A stretch of 27,218 nt of DNA from Breznakia blatticola. GTDB taxonomy: Bacteria; Bacillota_I; Bacilli_A; Erysipelotrichales; Erysipelotrichaceae. The stretch lies in the NCBI RefSeq assembly GCF_004365815.1, contig NZ_SODD01000035.1:1-27218 (forward strand). The letters are read 5' to 3'. Under the pieces are notes generated by a model that worked only from the letters and a program-made list of their open reading frames with translations, made no database searches and was not told the origin of the DNA. The translations under genes were made by a program, and so were the position numbers. Shown one piece after another: positions 8,894 to 15,802 of the stretch; position 1 is the first letter of the stretch, and each line of letters begins with the position of its first letter.

Positions 8894-9968
8894 ATTCTTG
8901 ATGATTTACGAAAATATTTGATTTATATGTGTTCTTAGATTGATACTCTAATTGAATTTCATTATTCTTTTTGAAGTTATTATCAATGTCGTAAGTGATC
9001 AGTTTATCTTCTGCTGTCAATACTATTAGAGTATTGTTGTTAATATCTGTTTTTCTAATTGTACATTTTAGATCATAGCTTCTAATTTGTTCTGTTTCAA
9101 GGTTATAAACACTAACCATACTTCCGTTTGGTTCTAGTATACTGGTGTGAGATATAATAAGAGAACCTTTATATTCAAAAACATCATCAGGTGTTTTATA
9201 TGGGAGCGTAACTGTTTTTATATCATAAGAGACTAAATCAAGTATTAAGAGTTGATCATCATCTTCACCATTTCTTTTGAATTGACTTGGAATAAACATT
9301 TTATTATTATAAATCATCGCTTTATAAACTCCACCACAATATTCAGAAAGATCAATGGTTTCGAATAATTCTAAATTATCGTTATAAATGTGTATTCCGT
9401 TATGGTCTATCAATTCTCCATTTTTTTCGATTGAGTAATTATAAAATTCATATAGTTTGTCCTTATCTACAACAAGTTGTGTGTTCATTGCGCCTGCTTC
9501 TTCTAGTTTTACTTCTTTTATTTCCTTAGTTGTTTTATCAAAGCGTGTAATATAACACTCACCATTGAGATTGCTCCCAGCATATACATATTTTTCATCT
9601 GCCGTAGAACATAGAATATTTACGCGATCAATTGGGTATTCTGTAAATTCTTGATTTTCTACATTTAAACTTACAACCTTCTTTGCATCTGCTTTCTTCA
9701 TTAGACCTAAGGGAACAAGCAATACACTATTATCTAAATATACAGGGTTATCCCAAGTAGATGATAGGTCTGCATAATCATAATACTTAGTTCCTAATTC
9801 ATTCAAAGACTCATCATAAAAAGTAATGCTACTATCTTCTTTTGCTTGTGTGGTTTCTATGACTCCTACAAAAAAATCACTTGATATATTATCGTCATTG
9901 TTTTGTTGTTGACATCCAACTAAAGACAAAGCAAATAAAATAATGATTAAGAAAATTTTTGTTTTCAT
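8892..9968 (-). CDS. Lipoprotein, probable 7-bladed beta-propeller; function unknown
   Basis: Start set at ATG 9968 (AGGAGA SD upstream). Signal plus lipobox MKTKIFLIIILFALSLVG|C. Seven recurrences of a hydrophobic run, then Y/F-D/N, then a polar turn (ITFYDESLNE, VSLNVENQEF, YITRFDKTTKE, IHIYNDNLEL, LILDLVSYDIK, VSVYNLETEQ, LITYDIDNNF). Confidence 0.65.
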   Translation of the reverse strand: MKTKIFLIIILFALSLVGCQQQNNDDNISSDFFVGVIETTQAKEDSSITFYDESLNELGTKYYDYADLSSTWDNPVYLDNSVLLVPLGLMKKADAKKVVSLNVENQEFTEYPIDRVNILCSTADEKYVYAGSNLNGECYITRFDKTTKEIKEVKLEEAGAMNTQLVVDKDKLYEFYNYSIEKNGELIDHNGIHIYNDNLELFETIDLSEYCGGVYKAMIYNNKMFIPSQFKRNGEDDDQLLILDLVSYDIKTVTLPYKTPDDVFEYKGSLIISHTSILEPNGSMVSVYNLETEQIRSYDLKCTIRKTDINNNTLIVLTAEDKLITYDIDNNFKKNNEIQLEYQSKNTYKSNIFVNHQE

Positions 9969-10188
9969 AACTTGTTTTCTCCTCTGAAAATTGAAGGATA
10001 CATATATATATGGTCTTTCAATTTTTCTTGTCTTTCTGTAAATTAATATTGTTTTTGATGTATTTACCAAGGCTTGTTTACTATATATACAGATTAACTA
10101 TATGTATAGTTTTTGTCAATGATGCGTTGAATTGTTATATAAATGCAAAATATGCATACAGACTTGCTAACGCGATACTTAAACTTTT

Positions 10189-10244
10189 CTTTTGTATTTC
10201 TTTAGAATTTCTACCACTTGGATTTAAGAATTATTGCATATGAT
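10189..10244 (+). promoter_or_regulatory. Putative response-regulator-dependent promoter of the DD-carboxypeptidase gene
   Basis: CTTTtGtAt (10189-10197) and CTTTAGAAt (10200-10208) are 11 bp apart. Exactly 30 nt follow before TATGAT (10239-10244). Confidence 0.4.
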
Positions 10245-10273
10245 AGATACAGATAAGGAATAGGTATGAATAT

Positions 10274-11209
10274 ATGAGACGAAAGAGAAAAAAGCATCGT
10301 TTGCTATCGATTACGTGTTTTCTATTTAGTGTGTTATTAGTCACGACACTAGTGACTAACCAACTACCACAGAAATTAATTAATGCTATTTCAAATCAAG
10401 AACTAGAAGGTGGCAGGCAAAAACAAACATTGGAGTTGTTAGATGGTTTACAAAGTTCAAATGCAACACTTGTGCAACTTGACAATGATACACCAATAGA
10501 AAGTAAAGACGGAGATCATCGAGTGTATCCAGCATCGCTAACAAAAATTATGACTTTGCTTGTCGCATTGGAAGAGATTAATGATTTTCAGGCAACAACT
10601 AAAATAGCACCATATACGATTGAGTACATACAAAAGATGAATGCAAGTGTCGCTGGATTTCAAGCACATGAAGAAGTAAGAGTTTTAGATTTGCTTTATG
10701 GTTTGCAACTCGCTTCAGGAGCAGAATGTGCACTTACTATTAGTGAATATGTTGCAGGTACAGAAGAACATTTTGTCGATAAAATGAATGCAAAAGCTAA
10801 GAAATTACAACTAGAGAACACCCATTTTACAAACTGTACCGGTTTGGATGATCCCAATCAATATACATCTGCAAATGATATCGCAAAACTACTACGATAC
10901 GCCTTAAATAACCAAGATTTTCGTTTTATCTTTACAAGCTATGTATATCAAAGTACACCAAGTGATGCTCATCCGAAAGGAATATTGATTAGTAGCACAC
11001 TCTCACAAAAACTACAGGATATGCAAATTGGCAATGAGACAATCCTAGGTGGAAAAACAGGCACAACAGACAATGCAGGCTTATGTTTGGCGTCATTGCT
11101 AAGAGTAAAAAATCAAGAATATGTACTTGTGACATTAGGTGCACCATATACAAATGATGATACGTATGGAAATGTGATGGATGCAATTTCTGTTGTAAAT
11201 CGCTTATAA
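10274..11209 (+). CDS. Serine-type D-alanyl-D-alanine carboxypeptidase (peptidase S11 / PBP5-like), membrane-anchored
   Basis: N-terminal TM (LLSITCFLFSVLLVTTLV), SxxK (YPASLTKIMT) and KTG (GGKTGTT). The middle motif reads S-G-A (LASGAECA) where S-x-N is usual. Confidence 0.8.
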   Translation: MRRKRKKHRLLSITCFLFSVLLVTTLVTNQLPQKLINAISNQELEGGRQKQTLELLDGLQSSNATLVQLDNDTPIESKDGDHRVYPASLTKIMTLLVALEEINDFQATTKIAPYTIEYIQKMNASVAGFQAHEEVRVLDLLYGLQLASGAECALTISEYVAGTEEHFVDKMNAKAKKLQLENTHFTNCTGLDDPNQYTSANDIAKLLRYALNNQDFRFIFTSYVYQSTPSDAHPKGILISSTLSQKLQDMQIGNETILGGKTGTTDNAGLCLASLLRVKNQEYVLVTLGAPYTNDDTYGNVMDAISVVNRL

Positions 11210-11217
11210 ATACAAAT

Positions 11218-11273
11218 CTTTAGAAATTCTTTAGAAAAGTTTTCTATTCAGTAGGCAAAGAATCCCTTATAAT
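11218..11273 (+). promoter_or_regulatory. Putative autoregulated promoter of the two-component operon
   Basis: Perfect direct repeat CTTTAGAAA (11218-11226) and CTTTAGAAA (11229-11237) with 11-bp period. Exactly 30 nt follow before TATAAT (11268-11273). Confidence 0.5.
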
Positions 11274-11301
11274 TAAGGACGAGAGAAGTGGGGGATGATT
11301 T

Positions 11302-11994
11302 ATGAAGCATACGGTACTCATTGTTGAAGATGAAAGGGAAATTGCAAATGCAATAGCTATTTATTTAGAAAATCAAGGATATGATGTTCTAAAAGCAGAA
11401 AATGGAAAGAAAGGTCTTCAACTATTAGCAGAACATTCTGTATCATTAGCTATCGTAGATGTCATGATGCCAGTAATGGATGGAATTACAATGATTATGA
11501 AAGTACGTGAATCGTATGATCTTCCAATTATTGTGCTAAGTGCTAAAAGTGAAGATATAGATAAAATTACTGGTTTAAATATTGGTGCAGATGACTATGT
11601 CACAAAACCATTTGTTCCAATGGAATTAATTGCACGCGTGCAAGCGCAAATCCGTCGTTACTATCGATATCAAAAACATCAAGAAGAAACATTTCATGGG
11701 TATCGTGTTGGAGGTTTAGAACTTCATACAGATACGAAAAACTTCTTTGTTGATGGAGAAATCGTCCGATTAACCCCATTAGAAATGCAAATCATGGAAC
11801 TTTTTATGAAACATCCAAATGTTGTGTTTTCTAGTGAACAAATCTATGAATCGATTTGGAAAGAAGAAGCCATAAGTACTGAAACTGTAATGGTACATAT
11901 TCGTAACTTACGTGAAAAGATCGAAATTAACCCTAAAGAACCACGATATATAAAAGTTGTATGGGGGATTGGCTATAAACTAGAAAAATCGTAG
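11302..11994 (+). CDS. OmpR/PhoB-family response regulator, VanR-like
   Basis: Receiver domain (LIVEDE..., IVDVMMP acceptor Asp, KITGLNIGADDYVTKPF, ELIARVQAQIRRY) plus a winged-helix C-terminus (YIKVVWGIGYKL). Confidence 0.9.
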   Translation: MKHTVLIVEDEREIANAIAIYLENQGYDVLKAENGKKGLQLLAEHSVSLAIVDVMMPVMDGITMIMKVRESYDLPIIVLSAKSEDIDKITGLNIGADDYVTKPFVPMELIARVQAQIRRYYRYQKHQEETFHGYRVGGLELHTDTKNFFVDGEIVRLTPLEMQIMELFMKHPNVVFSSEQIYESIWKEEAISTETVMVHIRNLREKIEINPKEPRYIKVVWGIGYKLEKS

Positions 11995-12006
11995 AAGGAG
12001 AAATCT

Positions 12007-14145
12007 ATGAAAAAAATAAAAGCAATACTATTCATTTCAATTATCTTGTGTAGTATTTTATATGTTGCACAGTTTCCAGGTATCGCTCAAAAAGTTGGTG
12101 AAGAAAGTAATGAGTATTCAATAATCTCTGCAAGTAATCAATTACTAGGTAGTGAATATGCATTCAAGGAAAAATTAAATCCCAACGAAAGTGAAAAGCC
12201 AGTATGGTTAGAAAAAACTGGTTCTATCGGTTTGGAAGATGCAAATGTTGCAGCAGTTGAGAAGTTCATGTTAGCTGAAGAACTATCTAGATTTGAAACG
12301 GATGCATTTGTGAAAGTGCAAGCCATCGATTTAGAAACACAAGAACGCTATACAAATAGTGAAAAGTACAACTTCAAAAATGTGAAACAGATGGATAAAC
12401 AATCAAGGCTGGATTATACTGCAGTAAAACTAACGTTTGATAAAGATGGTCAATTGACTGTTATTGGTGAGTTTCCAAATTCATATGTTGCAAAACATAT
12501 TCTAAGTACATTTGAGGATGATCGAGAATACGCTATTGTTTCATTATATACTGAGCATTTATATGAATACGATGAGTATCCAATCAGTGATGATTTTCAA
12601 ATAGTCGCAAACAACTATTCAATGAAGCCAGTTAAAAATCTCGAAGTAACATATATTATTCCTAACGATCTTACAACACAGTATATTGATGGAAGAATTA
12701 GCGGATATGATTGGTCAAACAAATGGAATGATGTGTATCTATTTAATGAAAATGGATCTCATTCACTGTATATGTTGTATGGTTTCATAGCTTGTGGAGT
12801 TGTTGCATTAATCATGCTATTTTTGCCAGAAAGAAAAGTAGCTCAAATTCAACCATATAAAGCCATAAAAAAAGTACCATTTGAACTTGTTGTGGGAAGC
12901 TTTACAATACTTCTATCCTTCATAATCATCGTATTAGCTGAATGCACAACAAGTATGTTGCAAGGTTCGTATGCACCGGCAATATTGTCGGATAATCGTG
13001 TATTGTATTATGTAATGTGTTTTGCATTAAGTACAACGCTACTGTTTGCTGTTTCAATAGTTGTGTATTTGCTAAAACATATATTGATGAACTTTACATC
13101 GTATATGAAAGAAAGAAGTTATCTCGTTCGTTTTGTGCGATGGGTATTCACATTATCGTTTACTCCGAAAGGATATATTACAATAGCTGGTATTTTCGTG
13201 ATAAACTTAGTGATTTTGGTTTATGGATCTTCTGGATATTATCGAGCAAGAATGATTCCAGCAGTATTTCTATTCATCGTATTTGCGTTAATTATGATTC
13301 ACATATTTGATCGCATTTGGAAAAACTATAAAAAAGTATTAAATCAAAGTGAACGCGTATCGCAAGGTGATTTTACAAGTACACCACTTGGCGATGTACA
13401 ACCATTCAATGAAATTAGCGAACAACTTGCAAGTATCAATGACGGATTTAAAAAGGCAGTTGATGAGGAAGTAAAGTCGCAGCGTATGAAAACTGAACTG
13501 ATTACAAATGTATCACATGACTTAAAAACCCCATTAACTTCAATTATCTCGTATGTAGATTTACTCAAGAAGGAAGAATTGAGTGATACAACCAAAGAGT
13601 ACGTAGAAGTGTTGGATCGTAACTCTATTCGTTTGAAACGTTTGATTGAAGATTTATTTGAAGTAAGTAAAGCAGAAAGTGGAAATGTTGAGCTTCATCT
13701 AGACAAAATAGATATTGTGAATTTATTAAATCAAGTGCTTGTGGAAACAAAAGATGAAAGAGCAGAACAGCTAGATATTCGAATCACTTCATCAAACGAA
13801 CATATTTATGCAAATCTAGATGCGAATAAAATGTATCGAGTATTTGAGAATTTACTGCAAAACATTTATAAGTATGCATTGGCACAAACACGTGTATATA
13901 TCGATATAAAAGAAACAGATACTATTTCCATTGTCTTTAGAAATATCTCACAAATTGAATTAGATTTCGATGCACAACAATTAATGAATCGATTTGTTCA
14001 AGGAGATAGTTCAAGGAGTCAAGAAGGCTCTGGACTTGGCTTAGCTATAGTGAAAAGCTTTGTCGAATTACAAGGTGGAGAAATCAACATCGTAGTCGAT
14101 GGAGATTTATTCAAAGTAGAACTTACATTTAAGAAGTTCGAATAA
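12007..14145 (+). CDS. Sensor histidine kinase with a large extracytoplasmic domain and multi-TM sensor region
   Basis: 712 aa. H-box NVSHDLKTPLTS (His codon 13516-13518), N-box ENLLQNIYKYA, G-box GSGLGLAIVKSF. N-terminal TM, ~225 aa external domain, 5 further TM segments. Confidence 0.9.
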   Translation: MKKIKAILFISIILCSILYVAQFPGIAQKVGEESNEYSIISASNQLLGSEYAFKEKLNPNESEKPVWLEKTGSIGLEDANVAAVEKFMLAEELSRFETDAFVKVQAIDLETQERYTNSEKYNFKNVKQMDKQSRLDYTAVKLTFDKDGQLTVIGEFPNSYVAKHILSTFEDDREYAIVSLYTEHLYEYDEYPISDDFQIVANNYSMKPVKNLEVTYIIPNDLTTQYIDGRISGYDWSNKWNDVYLFNENGSHSLYMLYGFIACGVVALIMLFLPERKVAQIQPYKAIKKVPFELVVGSFTILLSFIIIVLAECTTSMLQGSYAPAILSDNRVLYYVMCFALSTTLLFAVSIVVYLLKHILMNFTSYMKERSYLVRFVRWVFTLSFTPKGYITIAGIFVINLVILVYGSSGYYRARMIPAVFLFIVFALIMIHIFDRIWKNYKKVLNQSERVSQGDFTSTPLGDVQPFNEISEQLASINDGFKKAVDEEVKSQRMKTELITNVSHDLKTPLTSIISYVDLLKKEELSDTTKEYVEVLDRNSIRLKRLIEDLFEVSKAESGNVELHLDKIDIVNLLNQVLVETKDERAEQLDIRITSSNEHIYANLDANKMYRVFENLLQNIYKYALAQTRVYIDIKETDTISIVFRNISQIELDFDAQQLMNRFVQGDSSRSQEGSGLGLAIVKSFVELQGGEINIVVDGDLFKVELTFKKFE

Positions 14146-14149
14146 AAGG

Positions 14150-14180
14150 GTGAGACCGCTGGAGGTCTCACTTTTGTGTT
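14150..14180 (+). terminator. Intrinsic terminator of the two-component operon
   Basis: GTGAGACC-gctgga-GGTCTCAC followed by TTTTGTGTTTT. Confidence 0.8.
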
Positions 14181-14194
14181 TTGGGCACAGAAAC

Positions 14195-14223
14195 TTGACC
14201 TAGCATGACGATGCGTTTACACT
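14195..14223 (+). promoter_or_regulatory. Sigma-A-type promoter candidate (TTGACC-N17-TACACT)
   Basis: Hexamers at 14195-14200 and 14218-14223. The -10 ends 4 nt before ATG 14228 and 7 nt before ATG 14231. Confidence 0.4.
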
Positions 14224-14227
14224 ATAT

Positions 14228-14941
14228 ATGATGAAAAAGATCATGCAAAAACAACAATCAACAACGTCAATTGATGCACATGAACGCTTACTTGTAGGTG
14301 GTTTACTAGCAGTTGTCGGTGGGTATTTAGACGCATTTACTTACACTTGTCATGGTGGTGTGTTTGCTAATGCGCAAACGGGGAATATGGTGTTGCTTGC
14401 CGTTAATTTGTTTGGTGCAGATGTGAAATCACCACTTAATTATATTGCACCGATTTTAGCTTTTGCCTTTGGTGTATTACTTAGTGAGTATTTACATCGA
14501 AGACGTCGATTCTTTGGTGTTTTGTTGTGGAGACAAGTTGTATTAGTAATTGAGATGCTTGTAGTATTCGTCATTGGTTTTCTGCCAATGACATTTCCTA
14601 GTCTAGTGATAAATGTTGCGATATCTTTAGTAGCAGCAATGCAAATGAATAGTTTTCGTAAAGTATTAAATCTACCGTATGCAACAACTGTTGCTACTGG
14701 TAATTTACGTTCGATGATGGAAAATGTCGCAAAAGTGGTATTCGATCATGATAAACAAGCAAGAGTTCATGTCTTTCATTATGGTGGTATTATTTTCATG
14801 TTTATCATAGGAGCAATTTTTGGCTTTCTTGCATCTAGAACATTGCAAAATAAAGCAATCTTTCTAACTATACCGATTTTTGTATCTATATTGGTGATTA
14901 TTCGTGATCATAAAAAGTATGAAGGAGCTAGTGAATTATGA
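14228..14941 (+). CDS. YoaK/DUF1275-family membrane protein
   Basis: Motifs GGYLDAFTY...GGVFANAQTGNMVLL and ATGNLRS, about 6 TM. The start could be ATG 14231. Confidence 0.75.
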   Translation: MMKKIMQKQQSTTSIDAHERLLVGGLLAVVGGYLDAFTYTCHGGVFANAQTGNMVLLAVNLFGADVKSPLNYIAPILAFAFGVLLSEYLHRRRRFFGVLLWRQVVLVIEMLVVFVIGFLPMTFPSLVINVAISLVAAMQMNSFRKVLNLPYATTVATGNLRSMMENVAKVVFDHDKQARVHVFHYGGIIFMFIIGAIFGFLASRTLQNKAIFLTIPIFVSILVIIRDHKKYEGASEL

Positions 14942-15366
14942 GAAAGCAAATCGCAGTGAAAGCCTTAATTCAAAAGCAAAACGATTTCTTAGTTCTTCAT
15001 AAAACGGTAGAAGAATCAAAGTTTGATGCATCTGATAGTTTATATGATTTACCAGGTGGTCGCGTTGAAGCAGATGAAATGATGAACGATGCACTTATTC
15101 GTGAAGTATTTGAAGAAACGGGTATTCAAATACAACAAGAACAAATACAAAAAGAAGTAAACAAAGTGGATGTACAACGAAAAGATGGAACAAGTTTGCA
15201 TGTGATTACCTATCTTGTGCATGTAAATACTGAGAAAATTACTTTGAGCGATGAACATGAAGCGTATATGTGGTTAAATAAGTCGAGTGATTTGTATTCG
15301 CTTTTGCCTGAATATATACAATTATTGATGGAAAATGTTATATCTGATGATAGCAATCATGTGTAA
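14938..15366 (+). CDS. NUDIX hydrolase
   Basis: Nudix box GGRVEADEMMNDALIREVFEETGI (GX5EX7REUXEEXGU). ATGA overlap with the upstream stop. Confidence 0.85.
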   Translation: MRKQIAVKALIQKQNDFLVLHKTVEESKFDASDSLYDLPGGRVEADEMMNDALIREVFEETGIQIQQEQIQKEVNKVDVQRKDGTSLHVITYLVHVNTEKITLSDEHEAYMWLNKSSDLYSLLPEYIQLLMENVISDDSNHV

Positions 15367-15400
15367 AAAAATATGAGAGTAAATGAAGTGAGGTTAATGT

Positions 15401-15754
15401 ATGTGTGCAGATGAAAAAATGTATAAAGATTTTGTAGTATCAAAAAACATTCTTAAAGGAAAACCAGTGGGGTATAGTTTACGTGAGAAAACTGCAGATG
15501 ATACCTTAAGTGGTTGGAATGTTTTATCTATTGAAGATGATGAAACATATGTTTCAAATCCTGATAATTTTACAATTGTGAAAGCAAGTGAAATAGCAAA
15601 ACTACAACCATTACTACTTGAAATTTATGATAGTATGTATGGTACAGAATTGAACTGGCTATATGATGAAGATGGTATGTTCAAAGGATTTTTTGATCTA
15701 GGTAGTAATCAAGAAGTTAGTATTGCGCAAGTACTAACAAAAGGAATGTTGTAA
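15401..15754 (+). CDS. Small cytoplasmic protein, Imm33/DUF2185-like
   Basis: 117 aa. The pattern VSKNILKGKPVGYSLRE...SGWNVLS.EDDETYVSNPDNF.IV...I..LQP matches my recollection of DUF2185 (conserved SGW plus acidic patch). Not verified by HMM. Confidence 0.4.
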   Translation: MCADEKMYKDFVVSKNILKGKPVGYSLREKTADDTLSGWNVLSIEDDETYVSNPDNFTIVKASEIAKLQPLLLEIYDSMYGTELNWLYDEDGMFKGFFDLGSNQEVSIAQVLTKGML

Positions 15755-15802
15755 GACAAATAAGAAAAGTGTGTGTTAGAAAAATTAGCTAAAGGGGGAA
15801 AT

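Noticed and set aside
10010-10243. Plus-strand 77-aa ORF in the divergent lipoprotein/carboxypeptidase intergenic region, and the 34-codon upstream extension of the lipoprotein ORF (9969..10070)
   Set aside because: The lipoprotein has a textbook SD, ATG, signal peptide and lipobox at 9968. The extension and the + strand ORF lack SDs and cover the promoter and regulator-site region.
13017-13310. Nested and antisense ORFs inside long genes (for example 13017..13310 +, 13344..13595 -, 2116..2548 -, 3134..3352 -, 6378..6596 -, 17606..17800 -, 18027..18284 -, 26021..26260 -)
   Set aside because: All lie wholly inside well-supported CDSs in other frames, lack SDs and have low-complexity or hydrophobic junk translations.
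13934-13944. Extra copy of TCTTTAGAAAT inside the histidine-kinase coding region
   Set aside because: It is a single half-site with no 11-bp partner and no downstream -10, and it reads in frame as ordinary codons (V-F-R-N-I). It is most likely chance, though it weakens the uniqueness of the promoter motif.
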